DNA of 51,673 nt from a virus (lineage: Duplodnaviria > Caudoviricetes): IMG/VR virus record IMGVR_UViG_3300026051_000003, positions 1 through 51,673 of that record; one strand, 5' to 3'. Both the position numbers and the translations under genes were made by a program. Shown here piece by piece: positions 44,401-51,673 of this stretch (position 1 is the stretch's first letter; every line of letters begins with the position of its first letter). Under the pieces are notes generated by a model that saw nothing but the letters and a program-made list of their open reading frames with translations, was not told where the DNA came from and did not search any database.

Positions 44401-45165
44401 ATGATTACCTGGGAATCCCTCAGCAGCGATTCGCGCCAGCACGGCGACCAGATCAACTACCAGGTGTGCCCGGAGTGTATGGACGCGAAGTGGCACTTCT
44501 ACATCAACACCGGCACGGGCGGCTACAAGTGCTTCAAGTGCGAGGCCGCAGGCTACTTGCCAGTGGAAGGCACGTTCAACCGGCCCAAGCCCCGGGAAGC
44601 TGTGTGGGAGGAAATCAGCCTGCCGCCGAATGGCCCGCCGGGTGCATGGGCGCGCTCCTATCTGTTGCAGCGCGGCATTGGGCGCACGACATTCGAGCAA
44701 CTTGGCTTGCGTGAATGGACGGGGCAGGGCCGCATCCTGATCCCCTACACGAATTCCGAGGGCGCGGTCATCTACTGGCAGGCGCGGGATTTCACGGGGC
44801 GCCAGGAGCCTCGGTACCTCGGTGCGCCAGACGTGCGGCGCCCGCTGTTCATCGCGCCGGGCGACGGCCGCATCGTGCTGGTGGAGGGTGTGTTCGATGC
44901 GGTGCGCGTGAACCAGGTCGGGCCGACAGCCGTGGCGATGGGCGGCAAGACGCTGGCAGAGCACATGGTGAAGCCGCTGGAGCATGTGGTGCGGGCCGGA
45001 TCGCAGGTCTACGTGTGTTTGGACGGGGATGCCTTGAAGAATGCGCTGGAGCTGCAATGCTTCGTGCAGGCGCAGCTCGGCATCGACACAATCATGGCAT
45101 GCCCGGACTTCGGGGAGGACCCCGGCAGCATGCCACTGGAAAAACTGGAGGGTTTGTTTAGTTGA
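44401..45165 (+). CDS. DNA primase (Zn finger + TOPRIM)
   Basis: CPEC...H...CFKC, RILIP, YWQAR, LVEGVFDA, CLDGDA, DPG. Confidence 0.9.
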   Translation: MITWESLSSDSRQHGDQINYQVCPECMDAKWHFYINTGTGGYKCFKCEAAGYLPVEGTFNRPKPREAVWEEISLPPNGPPGAWARSYLLQRGIGRTTFEQLGLREWTGQGRILIPYTNSEGAVIYWQARDFTGRQEPRYLGAPDVRRPLFIAPGDGRIVLVEGVFDAVRVNQVGPTAVAMGGKTLAEHMVKPLEHVVRAGSQVYVCLDGDALKNALELQCFVQAQLGIDTIMACPDFGEDPGSMPLEKLEGLFS

Positions 45166-47531
45166 AGGCCATCTTCATCATCAGCACCCTGGAGCGTGAC
45201 GCGCTCAAGTTTGGACAGGCCCTGACGTGGCGCACCGAAGGCGAACTGCGGGACCTGGCGCGGGATTGCGGGCTCGACGTCGAGGTTGAGTTTGTGATCC
45301 AGGACCCTCTCTTGGCGGGCCGCAACAAGGCCGGCATCGGCATTGCGGCGATCCGGGAGGAACGCCCCCGGCTGCTGGACGCCATTAGTGCCGCGGCCCC
45401 GGACCTGGTTGTGTGCTTCGGGCCCGTGGCGGCGGCCTGCGTGCTAGGCCATGGCAACCTGCGCGAGGACGATCTGGTGCGGCGCCGGCATGAGCCCTTC
45501 GGCCCGGATGGTCCGCCCGTGTACTATGTGTATGGCCTGGAGAACGTGCGGGCGAGGCCCGGCCTCAAACAGTGGTGGCATCTAGACTTGAAGGCGGCAA
45601 TTGCGGGCTACACGGAGCCGGTGTACGGGGAGTACACGTACCTGCGGCCCGGTACCGATGATTGGGACTTGCCGTGGAAGTCGGCTCATGCGATTGGGTA
45701 CTGGGCTTATGATGTGAAAGAACTCGGGTGGGACTGTGAAACTACTGGGCTAGTATTCTGGCATCCAGAAGCGCGGTTGCGCATGATGCAAATCAGTGAT
45801 CGGGTTGGCCGTGCATGGGTGATACAAGGTACGCCAGATTCCCGTTTCCCGCAATGGTTACTGGATATATTAGCTGATCCTAACATACGTAAGGTGGGCA
45901 GCAACATCAAATTCGACGTGAAGTGGGCGCGCCGCTTCGGCATAGAAGTTAACAACTTCGCTGATTCCGGCACCCGCGAACACATCATAGATTCGTCGCA
46001 ACCGTACACCGACCTGAAGCGCCTGACGTTCAAGTACCTCCCGCGCCTGGCTGACTACAGCAAGCCACAGAAGGAATACATCAAGCAAGTTGGAGGCGGT
46101 AGCACCACGGTCGGTTGGGCTGTAGCCGAGGACGAGCCTATGTTCCAGTACGCGGCGGCAGATGCCGAGGCCAGCTTGGCGGCATACCTCGGACAAGTTG
46201 GTCCTTTGGCTTCGCTGGAGCGCCCCCGCAAACTCTATGAGGAACTCTACCCGGTGCTGGCCGACATGGAGTACCAGGGTGTGCGCGTGGACACAGCCAT
46301 CAACCTTGAACTGGACAGCCTGTACACAGAGCGGCTGCGGGATGTCCGTGCCCGCATCGCGGCGCAACTAGGTCCCGTGAACCTGAACAGTGCCAGCGCC
46401 CTTGCCGGCGCTTTGCTGGACGCGGTGCCGGGGCTCGACTTGAGTTTCAAGGACTGGAAGAATCTGGTGGGCAACGAGGAATCGCCAGAACTTTCGACGC
46501 GCCGGGAAATCCTGGAGCGGGAATCGCACAAATCCCCCGTAATCCAGGACGTGCTGGAGTACCGGCGGCTCCGAACGCGCCACACGAACTTCATCAAAAA
46601 GGTGCGGGAGAAGCATCTGGTGGAGCACCACGGGCACAGCTTCATCCATGCCAGTTTCCGCACCGATCTGGTGGAGACATATCGGTTGAGCTGCACGGAG
46701 CCTAACATGATGAACATCCCGCGCAAGGACTTCCAGACCCCGGAACTGTCCGTGAAGCGGCAATTCGTGTCGCGCTGGGATGGCGGCCAGATGCTGGAAG
46801 TGGACCAGTCGCAGGTCGAGATACGGTTCGCGGCATGGGCGTCCGGCGATGCGGCGATGCAGGACGCGGTAGCAAGTGGGCGCGACATCCACACCGAGAT
46901 GGCCAGTATATTGCTGGCAAAGCCGGCCGCGGACATCACGGAGCAGGAGCGCTACGAGTGCAAGACGAGGACATTCCTTATCATGTACGGCGGGGGCGCG
47001 AAGAAGCTGGCAGAGCAACTGATGAAGTCCGACGTGAACCCCCGCAAGGTGACGAAGGACGAAGCCTGGAAGATGATCCGGGATTACTTCGCTACGTTCC
47101 GCGGCCTCAAGGCGCACATCGACGACACCCATGACCGTGCGTGGAAGGAGCTGGCCGTGGAAACCGCCTTCGGGTTCCGCCGCACCTTTGCAGCGCCCGT
47201 GACGCGCGAGGACAAGTGGTCCCTGCAGCGCCAGGCATTCAACACCAAGGTGCAGAGCGGCGCAGCCTGCCTCACGTACTGCGCTATGATCGTGTTGCAG
47301 AACGCACTACGAGAGCGCAACTTGCAATCGAAAATGGTGGTGCAGGTGCATGACTCATTGCTCATAGATGTCCATCCCGACGAGGTTAACGTGTTGCCTG
47401 GCCTAGCGAAATGGGCCATGGAGCAGGGGGCCGTAGAGAAAGCCCGGGAGTTTGGCGTAGAATTTGCAGTAGACCTCAAAGCTGACGTGAAGATGGGCGA
47501 TTCGTGGGGTAATATGGCAGAAGTGAAGTGA
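45162..47531 (+). CDS. polA: family A DNA polymerase with N-terminal UDG-like domain and 3'-5' exonuclease
   Basis: DCETTG, NIKFD, YAAAD; motif A DQSQVEIR, motif B RYECKTRTFLIMYG, motif C QVHDS. Confidence 0.93.
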   Translation: MKAIFIISTLERDALKFGQALTWRTEGELRDLARDCGLDVEVEFVIQDPLLAGRNKAGIGIAAIREERPRLLDAISAAAPDLVVCFGPVAAACVLGHGNLREDDLVRRRHEPFGPDGPPVYYVYGLENVRARPGLKQWWHLDLKAAIAGYTEPVYGEYTYLRPGTDDWDLPWKSAHAIGYWAYDVKELGWDCETTGLVFWHPEARLRMMQISDRVGRAWVIQGTPDSRFPQWLLDILADPNIRKVGSNIKFDVKWARRFGIEVNNFADSGTREHIIDSSQPYTDLKRLTFKYLPRLADYSKPQKEYIKQVGGGSTTVGWAVAEDEPMFQYAAADAEASLAAYLGQVGPLASLERPRKLYEELYPVLADMEYQGVRVDTAINLELDSLYTERLRDVRARIAAQLGPVNLNSASALAGALLDAVPGLDLSFKDWKNLVGNEESPELSTRREILERESHKSPVIQDVLEYRRLRTRHTNFIKKVREKHLVEHHGHSFIHASFRTDLVETYRLSCTEPNMMNIPRKDFQTPELSVKRQFVSRWDGGQMLEVDQSQVEIRFAAWASGDAAMQDAVASGRDIHTEMASILLAKPAADITEQERYECKTRTFLIMYGGGAKKLAEQLMKSDVNPRKVTKDEAWKMIRDYFATFRGLKAHIDDTHDRAWKELAVETAFGFRRTFAAPVTREDKWSLQRQAFNTKVQSGAACLTYCAMIVLQNALRERNLQSKMVVQVHDSLLIDVHPDEVNVLPGLAKWAMEQGAVEKAREFGVEFAVDLKADVKMGDSWGNMAEVK

Positions 47532-47646
47532 TGTAGTAGCGGCGTGGTGATATTGGCCCAGTGAATGGGCAGTAGGAGAGCACCTTGTCTCTGCCGCGGC
47601 AAACGAGACTCGGAAACATTGGTTCGAATCCAGTCTACTGCATCAC
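47528..47646 (+). ncRNA. tRNA-like structured RNA with expanded D and anticodon arms
   Basis: T arm ATTGG-TTCGAAT-CCAGT directly followed by a 3' strand pairing with 47528-47539 (12 bp); two internal hairpins. Confidence 0.65.
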
Positions 47647-47691
47647 AGTATTTTGCGGTCGGGGCATCGAGGGCACTTACAAAGGAGTAAA

Positions 47692-48027
47692 ATGCGGACA
47701 GAGAGAATGGAACGGATTCACCGCAATATCACTGATGGCGCGGTGGACACGAATCTGCGCTGGCTTCTTCGCCAGATGTGTGACGAGATGGACACGATTA
47801 ACGAGCGACTGGATATGCACGCCCCGAAGGGCGGCGTATACATTAAGCCCGGGGATATTGTTACCGGGGCGCTGAGCGGCACTCGTTACAGGGTCGTCCC
47901 ACAAATGAGACGGGGGATGGCGACCGTAGCATGGAACAATGTAGATGTTCCCTCGTACGCCCTCGCTCTGTATGGCGAGTTGCTGAAGGATGGTCAGCCT
48001 GTCCTCGGCTACGAAGGAGCAAAATGA
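47692..48027 (+). CDS. hypothetical protein, paralog family member 3
   Basis: AAGGAG SD; KPGDIV...DGQPVLGYE. Confidence 0.7.
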   Translation: MRTERMERIHRNITDGAVDTNLRWLLRQMCDEMDTINERLDMHAPKGGVYIKPGDIVTGALSGTRYRVVPQMRRGMATVAWNNVDVPSYALALYGELLKDGQPVLGYEGAK

Positions 48028-48182
48028 CCGCATTCGTGACATGGCTGGCAGTGATCGCCGTATCGTGGGCGTTGTCGATGTGGCGCGACATCCGGGGCGA
48101 TGACGACCCCACAACGCACTGGACTCTAGGGGCCATCGGAGGTACCGTGGCCGGCGTACTGGCAATGATTTTGTGGAGGTAG
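48024..48182 (+). CDS. small two-TM membrane protein
   Basis: ATGA coupling; two hydrophobic segments. Confidence 0.6.
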   Translation: MTAFVTWLAVIAVSWALSMWRDIRGDDDPTTHWTLGAIGGTVAGVLAMILWR

Positions 48183-48186
48183 CAGA

Positions 48187-48408
48187 ATGAAACTGTATGT
48201 GGCGCGCGACAAGGAGTACGGCCATGTAGGCCCTTACGTGCTTTGCCCCAAGAAGATGGCGCTGATGGAGGGCGGTTACTGGGACCATAAGTATGCGGAG
48301 GATATGCTGGACGAGCGCATGATGAAGCTGATCCGCAAACTGAAACTCAAGAAGGGCGAGCAGAAACTGGTGGAACTGACAATGACGGAGGTAGTAGACA
48401 ATGGCTGA
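48187..48408 (+). CDS. hypothetical protein
   Basis: GGAGG SD; MKLYVARDK. Confidence 0.7.
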   Translation: MKLYVARDKEYGHVGPYVLCPKKMALMEGGYWDHKYAEDMLDERMMKLIRKLKLKKGEQKLVELTMTEVVDNG

Positions 48409-49129
48409 AGTTTTCAAGGTAAATATCAAAGGCAACATCTCGAATTTGTCCTCGGACAGCAAATTTGTGGACATCCCGGAGAATGATTCGGTGCTGTTCC
48501 GGCCGGCCCCGCCCGTGCGCGACGATGGCATGTTGTTCTACCCGGTCGTGAACCACTACAAGCTGAAGGACGCGGAAGGCCGCGGCACGGCACTGGCGGA
48601 CCTGGAAGCGCACGGCAACGACGAGACCGGGTATGTGGACTACATCGCGCGGCTGTCCAAGGCGCTGCTGGAGAGCGGCGGCGACGACCTGAAGAAGATC
48701 GGCAAGGACCTGAAGGCGTCCCGGCGCTTCTACTGGCAGGGCTGGAAGGCCGTCAAGGGCGCGGACGGCACTTTCCAGTACGAGCGGTGCCGGTTGATGG
48801 CGGTGCCGAAGACGTGCGCGACGGATATCATGCAGGCGTTCAAGTCAATGGACGAATTTGGCGAAGCGCCGGGATGCGACCCGGTAGGGGGTCAGCTTGT
48901 GCGGATTTCCCGCAGCGGCAGTGGCTTCAACACGAAGTACCGCGCGGAACGCAGTGGGCTCGTGACGTCACTCGACGACATCATTCCGGATTGGAAGACC
49001 CAGTTGTTCGAGGACATCTACGACGCCCTGAAACTCAACATCGTGTCGCCGGACGAGCAGAAGAAGCTGGCGCAGTTGACATACCCGAACCTTCCGTGGA
49101 AGGAATTGGAGGAAAAACATGGCCTCTAA
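48401..49129 (+). CDS. putative single-stranded DNA-binding protein (gp32-like)
   Basis: FRP.PP...HY...RFY...DP..G..V.I.RSG.G..TKY pattern; replication context. Confidence 0.7.
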   Translation: MAEVFKVNIKGNISNLSSDSKFVDIPENDSVLFRPAPPVRDDGMLFYPVVNHYKLKDAEGRGTALADLEAHGNDETGYVDYIARLSKALLESGGDDLKKIGKDLKASRRFYWQGWKAVKGADGTFQYERCRLMAVPKTCATDIMQAFKSMDEFGEAPGCDPVGGQLVRISRSGSGFNTKYRAERSGLVTSLDDIIPDWKTQLFEDIYDALKLNIVSPDEQKKLAQLTYPNLPWKELEEKHGL

Positions 49130-49382
49130 GAAGAAAGCAATCCCGAGCGTAAATGTCCGCCCAAAAGATGTGACCGGAATGAACTTCACTCTCAGTCTCG
49201 AAGCAGACGGGAAGCTCCGTGCCACGGGCGACGACGAGGAAAACTGGTCTATCGGTATCCTGGGGAGAGACGGTATCTTGCATCTCTATAAAGGAATTGA
49301 CAGCGACTTTTTGCAGACAAACGACGCTGGCTGCATTCTTGTTGACCATGCTGGGTACGACTACGAGGACGAGATGGAGTAA
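49119..49382 (+). CDS. hypothetical protein
   Basis: GGAGG SD. Confidence 0.65.
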   Translation: MASKKKAIPSVNVRPKDVTGMNFTLSLEADGKLRATGDDEENWSIGILGRDGILHLYKGIDSDFLQTNDAGCILVDHAGYDYEDEME

Positions 49383-49684
49383 TGCGCGGCCGCACAGCGA
49401 AGATGTTGCGCCGGTACGCCGGCATGGTTATCCACCTGGCCCCGGAGGACGTGCAGCGACATCCCCGGTGGTTCTGGAGAAAGGTTAAGGGCGGATGGAA
49501 GCAAATGAATGTCGTGGAGCGGACCCGATTGAGCAACTCTATGCGGCAATTGCCGCGGAATCTCGACGTAAGGTACTGGAGCAGCCCTACGACGCCAGCA
49601 CCATGCGATACGAGCGCCGACCCAGCATCCGATTCCGGGCCAGTGAGTCCGGGAACTGCCCCCGCCGCATCTGGTACCGCTTGA
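49382..49684 (+). CDS. small basic hypothetical protein overlapping exonuclease
   Basis: TAATG coupling; MRGRTAKMLRRYA. Confidence 0.45.
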   Translation: MRGRTAKMLRRYAGMVIHLAPEDVQRHPRWFWRKVKGGWKQMNVVERTRLSNSMRQLPRNLDVRYWSSPTTPAPCDTSADPASDSGPVSPGTAPAASGTA

Positions 49685-50397
49685 TGGGCTTTGTGCCGAC
49701 GCCGGACGACCCGTCGTTGGTGCTGAAGCAGCTGGAGGGCAATATTTCCCAGGACGTGATCCGCGGGCTGTTCCAGCAGTACGGCATCCCGGTCCGCGGC
49801 ATCGTCTTCGAGGCGGACGGCGCGCAGACGGAAACCCTGGACGGGCGCAAGGAATTCGAAGTGCCGATGGATGACGGTTCCGCGGAAACGGTGCTGGTGT
49901 CCGCCCGCGCAGATGGGGACCTAGATGCCGCGGGAGAGCCGGCGGTGTTCGAATTCAAGACGATGGCGAAGTACGCCGTGAAGTGGTTGCAGGCCGCCTT
50001 TGCGAAGGGTGGAGTCGAAGCTGCGCTGGAGTACCTGCACCAGAAGCGCCGGTACTACATCACGCAGATGCAGATTACGATGGCAGTGTTCAAGTTCAAG
50101 CGCACGTACTTCAACTTCAAGGACAAGGACACGACGGACTACGGGCTGGTGCGGGCAGATGGTAGTCACTGCGGGCTGGTGCTGGAGTACGACGACGGCA
50201 TGGTGCAGAAGCTGCTGCGGAAGTTCGCGGACGTCAAGCGCTATGTGCTGGCGGAGAAGGAAATCCCGTTCAATGCGCCGGATGTGCCGCTGGATGGCTC
50301 GATGGAGTGCGGGTACTGCCCGTTCTACTATCGGTGCTATGCCGCGCAGTCCCGCGGCGGTCGCGTTATATACCCTGGAATGGAGGCAGCAGCGTGA
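49495..50397 (+). CDS. Cas4-like PD-(D/E)XK exonuclease
   Basis: ASE.G.CPR..WY, ADG, EFKT, Q.Q, C..CPF...C cluster. Confidence 0.85.
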   Translation: MEANECRGADPIEQLYAAIAAESRRKVLEQPYDASTMRYERRPSIRFRASESGNCPRRIWYRLMGFVPTPDDPSLVLKQLEGNISQDVIRGLFQQYGIPVRGIVFEADGAQTETLDGRKEFEVPMDDGSAETVLVSARADGDLDAAGEPAVFEFKTMAKYAVKWLQAAFAKGGVEAALEYLHQKRRYYITQMQITMAVFKFKRTYFNFKDKDTTDYGLVRADGSHCGLVLEYDDGMVQKLLRKFADVKRYVLAEKEIPFNAPDVPLDGSMECGYCPFYYRCYAAQSRGGRVIYPGMEAAA

Positions 50398-50594
50398 TCC
50401 CTTACGAATGGCACTACAACCCTGCAACTGGCTACGGGGAACTCCAGTGGGAAGATGGCGTGTACCTCCTGCTGCAGGGCGCACAAGCCGCCGCCTTTGA
50501 TGCGGCCCCGGATAAGCACATGCTAGCAGTCGAGCAATATCCGCAGGCACGCCAGCACCTGGCCGACATGCGCGCGAAACGGAGGGCACGATGA
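50394..50594 (+). CDS. hypothetical protein
   Basis: GTGA coupling, GGAGG SD. Confidence 0.6.
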   Translation: MIPYEWHYNPATGYGELQWEDGVYLLLQGAQAAAFDAAPDKHMLAVEQYPQARQHLADMRAKRRAR

Positions 50595-51058
50595 GAATCT
50601 ATCTCGCGGGGCCGATGAGCGGCATCCCGAACTACAACTTCCCGGCCTTCTGGCGCGCGGCCCGGGAATTGCGCAAGCGGGGCTTCATGGTCATCTCGCC
50701 GGCTGAGGAAGATGTGTACGATAGGCGAGTTGCCGTCCGTGATCCAGAGGGGATGTCCTGGTGGCACGTCACTGGCAACCCCGTCGATATTGGGTACCAG
50801 TCGGACGAATTGGAGAAGTTCACTGTGACGTGGGATGGCGTGCTGGCGGACATGATGCGCCATGACTTGCCGATTGTGTGCGAGGTTGACGGCGTGGTGT
50901 TCCTGCCGGGATGGCCCGTGTCGCGCGGCTGTGCCCGCGAGCTGGCTGTCGCTCTGTGGACGGGGCGCCGCACTGGCCTGTACGCGCCGGATGCGCCGGA
51001 GGGTGTGCAGTGGCGCGAGGACATGCGGCCGGACCCGAAATTGCTGGAGGTGGAGTAA
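50591..51058 (+). CDS. DUF4406 / nucleoside 2-deoxyribosyltransferase-like protein
   Basis: IYLAGPMSG...NFPAF, SPAE, D...LPGW..SRG...E. Confidence 0.85.
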   Translation: MRIYLAGPMSGIPNYNFPAFWRAARELRKRGFMVISPAEEDVYDRRVAVRDPEGMSWWHVTGNPVDIGYQSDELEKFTVTWDGVLADMMRHDLPIVCEVDGVVFLPGWPVSRGCARELAVALWTGRRTGLYAPDAPEGVQWREDMRPDPKLLEVE

Positions 51059-51300
51059 TGTGGGTTACCATACAGTATGAGTGCGGGCAGAGTCAATCCG
51101 TAGAGTACATACATGAACCCGGGGAGTTTTGCCCTCAGTGCGGGGCTAAGAGTGCGTGGCACGAGAATGATTTCGGGGATTACTATCTTGGGGAGCGCAT
51201 TGTTTGCACAACGTGCGCCTCTAGCTGGACGATGCAGGGGCCACGCCCCGCAGATCAATATAGGCGCCAGGTTATCGCGCAGTTGTTGGAGGTGGAGTGA
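51058..51300 (+). CDS. Zn-ribbon hypothetical protein
   Basis: CPQCG...CTTC; TAATG coupling. Confidence 0.7.
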   Translation: MWVTIQYECGQSQSVEYIHEPGEFCPQCGAKSAWHENDFGDYYLGERIVCTTCASSWTMQGPRPADQYRRQVIAQLLEVE

Positions 51301-51673
51301 TGGGGCACGGACAGGTTGATTGCCCAAAGTGTTGGCCAGCGTATTGTACGTGTGGGGGCGATCTCATACCCTACGTCAACTACCTTCTGGAGCGAACGGA
51401 GAAAACGACGATGCGTGAATTCGACACCGGCGCCACCCGCGATACGGCTGATTCTGCACATTTTGATGAAGGCAAGCCTCCGTTAGCTAACCTGCCCAGC
51501 GCGTTGCTATATGGGGTTGCCGACGTCATTGCGTATGGCGCCCAGAAGTATGATATGGATAACTGGCGAAAGGGTATGTCGTGGATGAAGCTGTTGAATT
51601 CCACGCTGCGGCATGTGTGGGCATTCATCCGAGGCGAGGACCTGGACCCCGAATCCGGGAAACCGCATCTTGC
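51300..51673 (+). CDS. DUF5664 dATP/dGTP diphosphohydrolase-like protein, 5' part (alternative start 51411)
   Basis: REFDTGATR...FDEGKP...GA.KY..DNWRKG; joins 138-243 across the circle. Confidence 0.85.
   Translation, partial: MGHGQVDCPKCWPAYCTCGGDLIPYVNYLLERTEKTTMREFDTGATRDTADSAHFDEGKPPLANLPSALLYGVADVIAYGAQKYDMDNWRKGMSWMKLLNSTLRHVWAFIRGEDLDPESGKPHL
51548..51673. repeat. terminal direct overlap, right copy
   Basis: Identical to 12-137. Confidence 0.95.

Noticed and set aside
1-51673. Stop-codon reassignment
   Set aside because: Core genes are full length in the standard code and TAA, TAG and TGA are all used as stops

Overview
This window is an essentially complete, circularly permuted dsDNA tailed-phage genome with podovirus-like architecture. 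Bases 12-137 equal 51548-51673, giving a circle of about 51.5 kb. There are three transcription units. (i) A minus-strand late/structural operon runs from about 33.1 kb down to 3.7 kb: fibre, terS, terL, portal, scaffold, capsid, beta-helix/decoration proteins, a GT2-methyltransferase fusion, adaptor, nozzle, spike, ejection proteins and lysis genes. (ii) A plus-strand block of small early genes spans 34.2-39.9 kb and includes a Zn-finger repeat protein and an M28-like peptidase. (iii) A plus-strand replication block starts at 40.3 kb and continues through the window origin to 3.6 kb: ECF sigma, primase, UDG-like/PolA fusion, SSB, Cas4-like exonuclease, DUF4406, DUF5664, DnaB-like helicase, RuvC-like resolvase, GroES and a LAGLIDADG endonuclease. 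No integrase, CRISPR array or reverse transcriptase was recognised. The most notable observations are: two tRNA-shaped RNAs with intact acceptor/T arms but no usable anticodon loop; a sigma54-type -24/-12 promoter at the head of each of the three transcription units; a diverged ~100-bp element duplicated in both control regions; a domain shared by a 121-aa protein and the C-terminus of a 657-aa adhesin-like protein; and a glycosyltransferase-methyltransferase inside the capsid module. All product calls come from motif recognition and synteny by eye, not from database searches.
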